NCBI RefSeq assembly: GCF_036365525.1
Contig: NC_090387.1
Span: forward strand, 76,817,300-76,881,299
Direction of reading: 5' to 3'
Length of the DNA: 64,000 bases
DNA from: Heterodontus francisci
Lineage: Eukaryota
Below the pieces are notes generated by a model. It searched no databases. It saw nothing but the letters and a program-made list of their open reading frames with translations, and was not told where the DNA came from. Positions 13,414 to 25,884 of the stretch are shown piece after piece (the first letter of the stretch is position 1; every line of letters begins with the position of its first letter). Position numbers and translations under genes: made by a program.

Positions 13414-15438
13414 CTTTGCAACAGTAGGACAAATATACTTTTGATCCAGCCAAATCATTTCTTAGGAGTAGATAATTTCCCTTTACTGGTAAACTGTGGA
13501 CAACACGTACATTAACTATCCCAGTTATTAACTCATTCCCTAGGTGTACTTTTATACAGAGGTACGGGTATATACTCCCCACCAATTCCATCAACTAAAA
13601 CATTAGCGTTCAAGGTGCTCTCTCGTGGAAACCTCATCTCTTTCCTCAGCAAGAGTGTTTGGGATGCTCATTTCCCCCTAAGTATGATGATAGGTTTTCC
13701 TGCCTCACTTACAGGATACGGAGTTGCTCTCCCCTTTGACAAAAAATCATTATAACTCTCAGGTATTTTATTCTTACCCTCTGCATTCCTTTTAGTTTTA
13801 ATATCTGATTTCACATTCACAACTGTCATTAAAGTAATAACCTGGTCTGCTATACTCCCTGTCAGAGTCTTTTCCTCTTCACTAACTATGCATACCCCAA
13901 CAGGTCCTGTGGGTTTACCTCGCAATTTCCAGCACTCTGAACGTTTTGTTGCAATGATAACACTTTGGCTTGCAAACCTCACTTCTACCGTCAGCACCTT
14001 TCTTTCTGACCTGAGGAGGTGATCCTGGGGCATTACCAGCCGTTCCTTCTTGTTCCCGGCTACTTACCTTCCTTTCACTATCTCACTTTCCATCCTGTTC
14101 GGGTTTATGGGGGTGATGGACAAAATACGTCGGATTATTCACAAGCGCAAAATCATCACCAATCTCTGCTGCTTGCCTAGCTTCCAGAACTTTCAGGTTA
14201 TCTATATGAGTTCTCACTACTGAAGTAATTGAGTTTTTATACTCTTCTAAGAGAATCAATTCTCGAAGGTTCTCATATGTGGTTTCCATCTTTAATGCCC
14301 ATATGCAAAGGTCAAAATTTAATTGCGTCACCCTCTCAAATTCTAAATATGTCTGCCCAGCAAATCTCCATAAGTTCCTAAACTTCTGACGGTAATTTTC
14401 AGGGACTAACTCATACGCAGTGAGAATAGTCTTTTTTGCCATCTCATAATCTGCAGAAGCCTCTTCAGAAAACATAGCATAAGCTTCATGAACTCTGCCT
14501 ACCAGACTGTTCTGAATAAGCGATGTCCAGATTTCTTTCGGCCATTTCATCAGTTTGGGTATTTTTTCAAAAGATATGAAAAATGCCTCTATGTCCCCTT
14601 CCTCGAACTTAAGAAGAACCTGTATAAATTTAAACAACTTCTCGCTGTGTCCTCATCTAAATTCAGATTCTTCCTGACCCAAATTTTCCATGGATTCAAG
14701 ACTACTATTTTGTCTTTGTTCCTTCTCTGTTAATTTAAATTCCCTCTCTTCTCTTTCACTTTCTCTCCGAAATGATCTCTCTTTCTCCCTTTCCTCCAAT
14801 TTAAGTTTTCTTAACTTCTTTTCTGCCCGTTTTTTTGTTTCTAACTGAATCCTAGCCATTACCACTGCATCACTATCAGACCTACTACCTTCTTGTCTCT
14901 TGTATTCCCTTTCTTATTCCTCGTATTCCCCTTCAGCTTCATGATCATTATCATCTTCTTCTACTAATTCAAGATGTTTGGCTATTTTGACAATTACCTC
15001 TGCTTTTTTGGCGCCTGATTTCGATTCCAACCCCAATTTCAGAGCCAATTCTTTTGATTTCTTGAATAAAGTTATTCAGTCACTCAGGGAAACATTCTGC
15101 TTGCCAAAAAATTCTGCTGCATCCACTAATGCCATTACAATGGCATAGACTGTACCTTATTATACAACAGACCTGCTCTTTTAATTTCTTTGTAATTGGT
15201 GTCAGATTTAAATCCCAACAACCGAATTTCTAATTGATATAATCCCAGAATCGAGAGAAATTACATAAGATGCCAAAAGCAAGACCCCAATTTAAATATG
15301 TTATCTCAGAAATTAGTAATTAATATCATTCCAAATGCAAGCCCTCCAGATTAGTCTGATTCTGCTCCCAGATGCGAGCCACCAAATTAAATATGATTCA
15401 ACTGCAAACGAGCCTGCAATTGATATGTGATTCTGTGA

Positions 15439-15462
15439 TTCAAATCCTGGACGAGAAACCCA
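15439..15462 (-). other. Primer-binding site (tRNA-Pro type) of the Gypsy element
   Basis: Minus strand TGGGTTTCTCGTCCAGGATTTGAA resembles the tRNA-Pro PBS TGGGGGCTCGTCCGGGATTTGAA, just inside the 5' LTR. Confidence 0.75.
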
Positions 15463-15469
15463 ATTAATA

Positions 15470-16380
15470 TGTTATGACCTACCGCTCCAGTCAAAGTCCC
15501 CAATCAAAATATTTGATTCTGACTGTGGTGGGAGAAACACACTGTTAATGCAATTACATCCCTCCAAATTAAAGAAAGACCCAGCCAAAATTATACCATC
15601 TATTAATCCCACCATCAAGAATACCCCTCCACCCCCCCCCCCCCCCCCGCCGCCCCACCCTGATTGAGGCCAACCGAACCTTTAAATCAACAAATTAACT
15701 GTTTAATTAGAAAATCTAAATTCTTAAACGCTACTAAGATATAAACGAGATTTATAACAGAACGAATAGAGTCCTTGCAGATTTAAATTCCTGCCGAATG
15801 TGGAACAGTCCAAGTTGCTTGAAGTCCTCACAGCTGTCTGATGGGGGAAAACAAGTTCTTCAACAGTAGGATAGTCAGTGGTCCAGTTGAGAAATTGAAA
15901 TGATTCTCTTCTTCCAGTGATGAATTCAACAATTACAGTTCAGTAGTTAAAGGAATTTGGCTATTTTCTTTTAAGAAATTAATCTGGCTTGACATCAGAG
16001 TTCTGAGAGAATAATAAATTAGGTTTAAATAAACAGAGAGAGTGCTCTCATTTCCTTCAGTATATGCTGGTCCAACTGTCTGTCTGTGTCTTTGAGTTAA
16101 AACAGTCTGTTTCCACTAAAGGCCAGTTCAAAATTAAATTGTAACAATTTATCTCTCGATATCTGGTCCTGAATGCCTGTATCCTGGGCAATGAGAATGC
16201 ACTTTTTGACTCAACATTTCCGAATGGCTGTATCCCGGGGCAACGGGGATTTCATTCTTTGACTCAGCTGTTAGAGCTTGCTGCCTTAAAGCAGTACTGC
16301 TCCCTTTCCAGCCTTAAAGGCACAGCTGATTCTGCACCCTCCCCCACCCCCCCAACCCCAAAATCTACAGGAGCATAACA
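15470..16380 (-). repeat. 5' LTR of the Gypsy element
   Basis: TGTTA...TAACA termini; colinear similarity with 10329-11336. Confidence 0.88.
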
Positions 16381-17042
16381 ATTGACCATTTTAAACTCCC
16401 AACACAGATCATTGTGATTGCAGTGTATATTATATTACGAAGTGTCTCCTGACAATGCAGCCAAATGCCGACATCATAACTGCTTTCCGAACAGCACATA
16501 TGCACAGAATGCACGTGAATGCATCAGCAGGCAAAGGGATGTCAGCCTCAGGCACGAGTGTTGGAAAGTCACCTTAATTGCTGCTCCCAACTGGTCCCCA
16601 CTCCCTCCTGCAAATAGCACCTCAATTGCCGCTTCTCTATCTCACTTTATCCTGCCATTCTCTCCCACGCCTGCCTGCTCACTGCTGTATTTCACCCCTC
16701 CCAACCGGTCGCCACTCCATCGCGCTGCTCACTTCCTGTCCTGCCGCTAGCACCCTGCTTGCTCCAGCTCCCCCAACCCCTCCCACCCTCAACCTACCAC
16801 TTCTCTGGGTTGTGACGCATGGAGCAGGTGGTTGAAAGGAATAGTGACCAGTTGGATGTAGGATAGAAGGCGGGATGGAGCTACAAGAAATGTGATGCCA
16901 TGGGAAGGAGTGGTGAGAAGGCACATGCGAGAGGGAGTGGAAAAGTGAATGTGGTGGTGATCGCAGAAGGGAGCAGTGAACAGAAGTGGTGATTGAAGAG
17001 CATACTGTAGGGGTTGAGTGGAGACGCCAATTGTGGCCATTG

Positions 17043-17388
17043 AGTTTAGTTTAGAGATACAGCACTAAAACAGGCCCTTCAGCCCACCAAGTCTGTACCG
17101 ACCATCAACCACCCATTTTATACTAATCCTACACTAATCCCATATTCCTACCACATCCCCACCTGTCCCTATATTTCCCTACCACCTACCAATACTAGGG
17201 GCAATTTATAATGGCCAATTAACCTATCAACCTGCAAGTCTTTGGCATGTGGGAGGAAATCGGAGCCCCTGGAGGGGACCCAGACAGACACAGGGAGAAA
17301 TTGCAAACTCCACACAGGCAGTACCCAGAATTGAATCCAGGTCGCTGGAGCTGTGAGGCTGCGGTGCTAACCACTGCACCACTGTGCC
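17043..17388 (-). mobile_element. tRNA-derived SINE (HE1/V-SINE-like)
   Basis: Full-length copy with A/B boxes and a CR1-like 3' tail. Confidence 0.9.
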
Positions 17389-17752
17389 GCATTTGTGAGA
17401 TGTGAGTGCCTTTGGGTTCAATTCTTTTTTCAAAGTGACTCCTGAGAATGCAGCCCAGTGCTGATGTCATCAGAGTGCTCCCAGCATCGCACATCTGCAG
17501 AATGTACTCTTGCTGTCAGTATGTTCCTGCACATGTGCAGCCGAAGTCAGCACCCATCTTGTCAGGACTAATTCGCGCATGCGCACGAACACATCATTGC
17601 GTACTTCGACATCGGCTCACTACTCACTCCTCACCTCGCCACTTCTCTCCCCTCTGCCTATGCTACCTGCTCCCGCCCCCGATCTCCATCTCTGTTCCCG
17701 AACGGAGGAACATTTGCCTTGGCGTGCTAACTTGGGTTGCCATAGAGTGCTA

Positions 17753-20700
17753 CAGTGGAAGTTTGGTAAGTGAAGAAGTTCGGTAAGGAGGGAGCGAGGA
17801 GCTCCTTTCATTTCCTACCTGTCCTCAGAGTGAGGGGAACCCAGAGCTTCCAAAGAACACAGCTGACTGGGAGAAGACTGGGAGGGCAGAGTTCCGGACC
17901 AGTAAGTATTGAAAACTTACTTCTGGTAAAAAAAATGAAAGTGACATCACAGGAAAGCTGTGACCTGATTGGCTGGTAGGGAATTTTTTTTAAATTTGAA
18001 AATAAAACATTGATAAAAATTGATTTAAACCCTAATTAACTGATTAATAAGTAGAGTAACTAAACCAGAGGGAGGAGATTACTGCATTTAGTTAGAATTT
18101 AATATTTATAGGAGGAATCTAGCACTAGGGACCATATAGTTATAACAATTTAGTAAGGATTTTTTTTTAGAACATTAGAACTTTACAGCGCAGTACAGGC
18201 CCTTCGGCCCTCGATGTTGCGCCGATCTGTGAAACCATCTGACCTACACTATTCCATTTTCATCCATATGTCTATCCAATGACCACTTAAATGCCCTTAA
18301 AGTTGGCGAGTCTACTACTGTTGCAGGCAGGGCGTTCCACGCCCCTACTACTCTCTGAGTAAAGAAACTACCTCTGACATCTGTCCTATATCTATCACCC
18401 CTCAACTTAAAGCTATGTCCCCTCGTGTTTGCCATCCTCATCCGAGGAAAAAGACTCTCACTATCCACCCTATCTAACCCTCTGATTATCTTATATGTCT
18501 CTATTAAGTCACCTCTCCTCCTCCTTCTCTCCAACGAAAACAACCTCAAGTCCCTCAGCCTTTCCTCGTAAGACCTTGCCTCCATACCAGGCAACATCCT
18601 AGTAAATCACCTCTGCACCCTTTCCAAAGCTTCCACATCCTTCCTATAATGCGGTGACCAGAACTGCACGCAATACTCCAGGTGCGGCCGCACCAGAGTT
18701 TTGTACAGCTGCAGCATGACCTCGTGGCTCCGAAACTCGATCCCCCTACTAATAAAAGCGAACACACCATATGCCTTCTTAACAGCCCTATTAACCTGGG
18801 TGGAAACTTTCAGGGATTTATGTACCTGGACACCAAGATCTCTCTGCTCATCTACACTACCAAGAATCTTCCCATTAGCCCAGTCCTCTGCATTCCTGTT
18901 ACTCCTTCCAAAGTGAATCACCTCACACTTTTCCGCATTAAACTCCATTTGCCATCTCTCAGCCCAGCTCTGCAGCCTATCTATGTCCCTCTGTAACCTA
19001 CAACATCCTTCGGCACTATCCACAACTCCACCGACCTTCGTGTCATCCGCAAATTTACTAACCCACCCTTCTACATCCTCTTCCAGGTCATTTATAAAAA
19101 TGACAAACAGCAGTGGCCCCAAAACAGATCCTTGCGGTACACCACTAGTAACTAAAGTCCAGGATGAACATTTGCCATCAACCACCACTCTCTGTCTTCT
19201 TTCAGCTCGCCAATTTCTGATCCAAAGCACTAAATCACCTTCAATCCCATACTTCCGTATTTTCTGCAATAGCCTACCGTGGGGAACCTTATCAAACGCC
19301 TTACTGAAATCCATATACACCACATCCACGGCTTTACCCTCATCCACCTGTTTGGTCACCTTCTCAAAAAACTCAATAAGGTTTGTGAGGCACGACCTAC
19401 CCTTCACAAAACCGTGCTGACTATCGCTAATGAACTTATTATTTTCAAGATGATTATAAATCCTATCTCTTATAACCTTTTCCAACATTCTACCCACAAC
19501 CGAAGTAAGGCTCACAGGTCTATAATTACCAGGGCTGTCTCTACTCCCCTTCTTGAACAAGGGGACAACATTTGCTATCCTCCAGTCTTCCAGCACTATT
19601 CCTGTCGACAATGACGACATAAAGATCAAGGACAAAGGCTCTGCAATCTCCTCCCTGGCTTCCCAGAGAATCCTCGGATAAATCCCATCTGGCCCAGGGG
19701 ACTTATCTATTTTCACACTTTCCAAAATTGCTAACACCTCCTCCTTGTGAACCTCAATCCCATCTAGCCTAGTAGTCTGTATCTCAGTATTCTCCTCGAC
19801 AAAATTTTCTTTCTCTACTGTAAATACTGACGAAAAATATTCATTTAACACTTCCCCTATCTCCTCTGATTCCACACACAACTTCCCACTACTATCCTTG
19901 ATTGGCCCTAATCTAACTCTAGTCATTCTTTTATTCCTGATATACCTATAGAAAGCCTTAGGGTTTTCCTTGATCCTATCCGCCAATGACTTCTCGTGTC
20001 CTCTCCTCGCTCTTCTTAGCTCTCCCTTTAGATCCTTCCTGGCTAGCTTGTAACTAAGTAACTTTAATAAGTTTAATAAGCTTGTAACTTTAATAAGTAT
20101 TTATTGATCTTAAATTAATTTATCAATTAGCTCTAGAAATAGCAGTTAGTGGGGTGAAGTGCTTCACCTGTGAGTGTGGGAGGTCTGTGATGCTTCCAGC
20201 GTTCCAGACGACTACATCTGCAGGAGGTGTACCCAGTTGCAGCTCCTCACAGACCGCATGGATCGGTTGGAGCGGCAACTGGATGCACTTCGGAGCATAC
20301 AGGTGGCAGAGACCGTCATAGACAGGAGTTTTAGAGATGTGGTTACACCCAAGGTGCAGGCAGAAAGATGGGTGAACTCTAGAAGGGGCAGGCAGTTAGT
20401 GCAGGAATCCCCTGTGGCTATCCCCCTCTCGAACAAGTATACCGTTTTGGTGGGGATTAGTACTACGAACTATGATGTTGTTGCTATTACAGAGACTTGG
20501 TTGAGGGAAGGATAGGATTGGGAGCTAAATGGTCCAAGATTTAGAAGCTTTAGGCGGGATAGAGGGGGATGTAAAAGGGGTGGGGGAGTTGCATTACTTG
20601 TTAAGGAGAATATCACAGCTGTACTGCGGGAGGACATCTCGGAGGGGTCGTGCAGCGAGGCAATATGGGTGGAGCTCAGGAATAGGAAGGGTGCAGTCAC

Positions 20701-23238
20701 GATGTTGGGGGTTTCTACAGGCCTCCCAACAGCCAGCAGGAGGTAGAGGAGCAGATATGTAGACAGATTGTGGAAAGATGTAAAGGTAACAGGGTTGTAG
20801 TGGTGGGTGATTTTAACTTCCCCTATATTGACTGGGACTCACGTAGTGCTAGGGTCTTAGATGGGGCAGAATTTGTAAGAAGCATCCAGGAGGGCTTCTT
20901 GAAACAATATGTAGATAGTCCAACTAGGGATGGGGCCGTACTGGACCTGCTATTGTGGAATGAGCCCGGCCAGGTGGTCGAAGTTTCAGTCGGGGAGCAT
21001 TTCAGGAACAGTGACCATAATTCCATAAGTTTTAAGGTACTTGTGGATAAGGATAAGAGTAGTTCTCGGGTGAGGGTTCTAAATTGGGGGAAGGCTAATT
21101 ATAACAATATAAGGCAGGAACTGAAGAATTTGGATTGGGGGCGGCTGTTTGAGGGTAAATCAACATCTGACTTGTGGGAGTCTTTCAAATGTCAGTTTAT
21201 TAGAATCCAGGATCAACATGTTCCTGTGAGGAAGAAGGATTAGTTTGGCAAGTTTTGGGAACCTTGGATAACGCGGGATATTGTGAGCCTAGTCAAAAAG
21301 AAAAAGGAAGTATTCATAAGGGTTGGCCGTCTAGGAACAAAAGAATCCCTTGAGGAAAATAAAGACAGTAGAAAGGAACTTAAGCAAAGAGTCAGGAGGG
21401 CTAAAAAAGGTTATGAAAAGTCATTGGCAAACAGGATTAGCATAATCCCAAGGCTTTTTACACATATATAAAGAGCAAGAGGGTAACCAGGGAAAGGGTT
21501 GGCCCGCTTAAGGACAGAGAAGGGAATCTATGTGTGGAGCCAGAGGAAAAGGGCGAGGTACTAAATGAGTACTTTGCATCAGTATTCACCAAACAGAAGG
21601 ACTTGGTGGATGATGAGCCCAGGGAAGGGAGTGTAGATTGTCTCAGTCATCTCATTTTCAAAAAGGAGGAGGTGCTGGGTGTCTTGCAAAGCATTAAGTT
21701 AGATAAGTCCCCAGGGCCTGATGGGATCTACCCCAGAATACTAAGGTAGGCAAGGGAAGAAATTGTTGGGGCATTGACAGAAATCTTTGTATCTTCATTG
21801 CCTACAGGTGAGGTTCCAGAGGTGTGGAGAAAAGCCAATGTTGTGCCTTTGTTTAAGAAGGGTAGCAAGGATAATCCAGGAAATTATAGGCCGGTGAGCC
21901 TTACGTCAGTGGTCGGGAAATTATTAGAGAGGATTCTTCGGGACAGGATTTACTCCCATTTGGAAACAAACAAACCTATTAGCGAGAGGCAGCATGGTTT
22001 TGTGAAGGGGAGGTCATGTCTCACTAATTTGATTGAGTTTTTTGAGGAAGTGACAAAAATGATTGATGAAAGAAGGGCAGTTGATGTCATCTATATGGCA
22101 TTCAGTAAAGCCTTTGGCGAGGTCCCTCATGGCAGTCTGGTACAAAAGGTGCAGGCACATGAGATCAGAGGTGAGCTGGCAAGATGGATACAGAACTGGC
22201 TCTGTCATAGAAGACAGAGGGCAGCAGTGGAAGGGTACTTTTCTGAATGGAGGAATGTGACTAGTGGTGTTCCGCAGGGATCAGTGCTGGGACCTGTGCT
22301 CTTTGTAGGAGATATAAATGATTTGGAGGAAAATGTAGCTGGTCTGATTAGTAAATTTGCGGACAACACAAAGGTTGGTAGAGTTGCGGATAGTGATGAG
22401 GATTGTCAGAGGAGACTTGGGCGGAGAAATGGCAGATGGAGTTTAATCGGGACAAATGTGAGGTAATGCATTTTGGAAGATCTAATACAGGTGGGAAGTA
22501 TACAGTAAATGGCAGAACCCTTAGGAGTATTGACAGGCAGAGAGATCTGGGTATACAGGCCACTGAAAGTGGCAACGCAGGTAGATAAGATAGTCAAGAA
22601 GGCATACGGCATACTTGCCTTCATCGGTCGGGGCATAGAGTATAAGAATTGGCAAGTCATGCTGCAGCTGCACAGAACTTTAGTTGGGCCACACTTAGAA
22701 TATTGTGTGCAATTCTGGTCGCCATACTACCAGAAGGACGTGGAGGCTTTGGAGAGGGTACAGAAGAGGTTTACCAGGATGTTGCCTGGTCTGGAGGGCA
22801 TTAGTTATGAGGAGAGGTTGGATAAACTCGGATTGTTTTCACTGGAAAGACGGAGGTGGGTGACATGACAGAGGTTTACAAAGTTATGAGCGGCGTGGAC
22901 AGAGTGGATAGTCAGAAGCTATTTCCCAGGGTGGAAGAGTCAGTTACTAGGGGACATAGGTTTAAGGTGAGGGGGACAAAGTTTAGAGGGATGTGCGAGG
23001 CAAGTTCTTTCCACAGAGAGTGGTGAGTGCCTGGAACTTGCTGCCGGGGGAGATGTTGGAAGCAGGTACGATCATGACATTTAAGAGGCATCTTGACAAA
23101 TACTTGAAAAGGATGGGATTAGAGGGATACGGTCCTCGGAAGTGCAGAAGGTTTTAGTTTAGGCAGGCTTCAAGATCGGCGCAGGCTCGGAGGGTCGAAT
23201 AGCCTGTTCCTGTGCTGTGCTGTACTGTTCTTTATTCT
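17753..23238 (+). mobile_element. Near full-length CR1 LINE (5' UTR, ORF1 Zn-finger/coiled coil at about 20137-20450, ORF2 endonuclease+RT), decayed and interrupted by an inverted CR1
   Basis: CFTC..YICRRC..LERQL in ORF1; VAITETWL, VVGDFNFP, SDHN, PQGSVLGP, FADN in ORF2; multiple stops and frameshifts. The ORF1 C-terminal half appears deleted at about 20450. Confidence 0.88.
18167..20055 (-). mobile_element. Young 5'-truncated CR1 LINE (RT domain intact, one nonsense codon at 18607)
   Basis: 459-aa ORF with QHGF, DFSKAFD, PQGSVLGP, FADD continues in frame into 18244-18597; very similar to 60303-63065. Confidence 0.93.
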
Positions 23239-23589
23239 TTGTTCTTTGAAGCAGGGGGGAGAGAGAGTGACAGAAGTGGGAGGGAGTGGGGAGTAGAAGC
23301 GGGATGGAGCAGGGAACAGAAGAGGGAGAGTACGGGAGTGTGAGAGCAGTAACAGGAGAAGTGAGTGGGAAGCAGAAGTGGGAGGGAACGGGAAGCAGAA
23401 GCGAGAGGGTGTGGCAAGCAGAAGCAGGAGGGTGTGGGGAGCAGAGCAGTGGGGATGAAGCAGTGAGAGAAGTGGGGGAGTAGCAGTGAGCGGCTGGGGG
23501 GAGAAATAGTGAGGCGGGGAGAAAGCAGTGAGCAAAGAGAAGCAATGGCAGGAGGGAGTGGGATACTGCTGGGTTTCATTTGTTTCTGT

Positions 23590-23865
23590 GATAAATTGAG
23601 CAGCGCCATCTTTATTACTGGCAGTTGCCAAAAAGTTTGCAGGCAGTGACGTTTCAGTGCATGAGGCTGCATTTGCGCATGTGCAAGTACTGCGCCACCT
23701 CGTGGTTGCATTGTCAGCAAACGCACCCTTTTTGTGTTAAATTGAGCAGCAGCACTCATTATTGGCAGCTGCCGGAGGTTCCACAAACAGTGACCTTTCT
23801 GTCAATGAGGCTGCATTTGAGCATGTACCAATATTGCGCCACCTAGTGGTTGCCTTATCAGAAAA
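23590..23865. promoter_or_regulatory. Tandem ~144-bp duplicated unit, each copy with a CTCF-consensus site (23692-23705, 23836-23849)
   Basis: Minus strand CCACGAGGTGGCGC and CCACTAGGTGGCGC match the CTCF core CCAC/GNAGG/ATGGCG/AC. Confidence 0.55.
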
Positions 23866-23867
23866 TG

Positions 23868-24222
23868 CTTAGATTAGATTAGATTCGAGATACAGCACTA
23901 AAACAGGCCCTTCGGCCCACCGAGTCTGTGCCGACCATCAACCACCCATTTATACTAATCCTACACTAATCCCATATTCCTACCAAACATCCCCACCTGT
24001 CCCTATATTTCCCTACCACCTACCTATACTAGTGACAATTTATAATGGCCAATTTACCTATCAACCTGCAAGTCTTTTGGCTTGTGGGAGGAAACCGGAG
24101 CACCCGGAGAAAACCCACGCAGACACAGGGAGAACTTGCAAACTCCACACAGGCAGTACCCAGAATCGAACCCGGGTCCCTGGAGCTGTGAGGCTGCAGT
24201 GCTAACCACTGCGCCACTGTGC
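23868..24222 (-). mobile_element. tRNA-derived SINE (HE1/V-SINE-like)
   Basis: Full-length copy with A/B boxes. Confidence 0.9.
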
Positions 24223-25884
24223 TACCATAATCTTAAAGATGCACTGCAGCAAATCACTAAATTTTTTTGACAGTAGCTCCAAAACGGTCTGGAAGGATGA
24301 GGGCAGCAAGCACATGGGGGAACACACCACCTGCACTTTCCCTTCCAAGTCACACACCATTCTGACTTGGAAATATAGGTCCAGATCATGTGTTCCCAGT
24401 GGCGGCGAACGCTGAAAAGTTGCATTGCTATTGAGGGCCGCAACAGAATCGCAACTTCCGGGGAACCCACTGCCGCTGGAAGCCGGAACTTGCCGTGCGC
24501 CTGAATGGGCTCCGACGGTACAACACGCTGATGGACCCCTCAGAGCCTGCCATACGGGGATTGGGCTGATTGCCCAATTGGACTCACCCCATACTTATGT
24601 TGATTTGTTTAGGGCTGCTCCTCGCAGGCGTAGAACCTGCCCAGGAGCACAGCCCTTTAAATCGGTGAAAACACTATTCCTTCCCCCGGCAATCCAGGAT
24701 CCACACACCCACCTCCCCCGTCCCCCCGGCTCCGCATCCCCCCATCAGCAGCCTTGGCTCCCCTCCCTCACTGCCCACAACTACCCCTATCCCCCGGCCC
24801 CGCTTCAGGATGCATGACTTTTGAACATTTCCTTAGAAACAATCTTCAACAGATTTCTAATTATGTAATTGCAAATATTGCATGTACTATGCAATATTTA
24901 TGCAACTGTGCTGTCTGATTGAAACAAATTAATTTATTTACATCCCTGCAGTTGGTAAGACAAACGTTATTTTATTGATTGATTAACTTGTTAATTCAAT
25001 TAGTTATATTCGGGAACGATTTAAAATAGTTTCTTTGAAAGCTCTAACGAACTTCCTTACATTTCCGCTCAATGGCAATGAGCCCCTCTTTGACATGGAA
25101 ATTTAATGACAGAGGTTAATTTTATCTGAACAATAAAAGTCCGGAACAAGTTTGGTCTGCTTGGGTTGGCATGGCACACTGAACAGAATTGTTCAGTTTC
25201 GAGTTAATTGTCATTTTCACGGAGAGAAATCTTAGAATAGTTAGCAGAGAAGTGAAAATGTCATACTGATCTACTTGCCAGATTTTGAACAAATGCTTGA
25301 CGAAAAACATCAGGTAAATTTAAGATTTAATGATTATTCGAATCAATCAGGAGGTTATTGCTAATGGCCTGTGACGTACTGTATTACGCACAAAACCTCC
25401 CCCGACATGTTCATAAGTGCGGTGTCGGTGGGCACATGCAATGTGACATTCTTTCAGGATATCCTTCAAATAACGGTGAAGCTTCCCATGCACTCGCATG
25501 AGAAACGTATTGCCGTACACTTTTTAAAAACATATTTTTGCCCACTGAGCTTTTGATCTGGATCTACGGGTTTTGGTAATATAGCTTTCTCTACCATGAA
25601 ACTAATTTTCCCAGTTTAATCACGGCTTCCGTCATTTTGCTTCAATTATTTTAGCCAGGATGCGCTGATACCAAGAAATTGCATTTGCAAACAAATCCTG
25701 AGCCAGAGCACATTTTGCCAGCTGTCTCATGGGATCATAAAATCTCTTATCCCCTAAATGTTCAAGACGTTTATTACAACGTGAAAATAAACGCCTAGGC
25801 TATCACTGATAGTTCAGATTCCGGCCACTGTGTTCGGAATAACATCAAGTCTCCCGAAGTATAACATTTAACAATGAATAAGGT

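Larger units (their letters stand above)
10329..16380 (-). mobile_element. Decayed Gmr1-like Ty3/Gypsy LTR retrotransposon, internally deleted
   Basis: Two homologous LTRs (TGTTA...TAACA), a PBS and a PPT. Minus-strand remnants in order: gag/SCAN-like capsid (14083-14865), nucleocapsid/protease region (13400-14030), integrase HHCC and C-terminus (12258-12715), RT N-terminus (11758-11943). Inserted into an old LINE fragment. Confidence 0.88.

Noticed and set aside
23159-23786. Overlapping minus-strand ORFs of 128-184 aa
   Set aside because: Products of low-complexity purine-rich sequence; no domain motifs or splice support.
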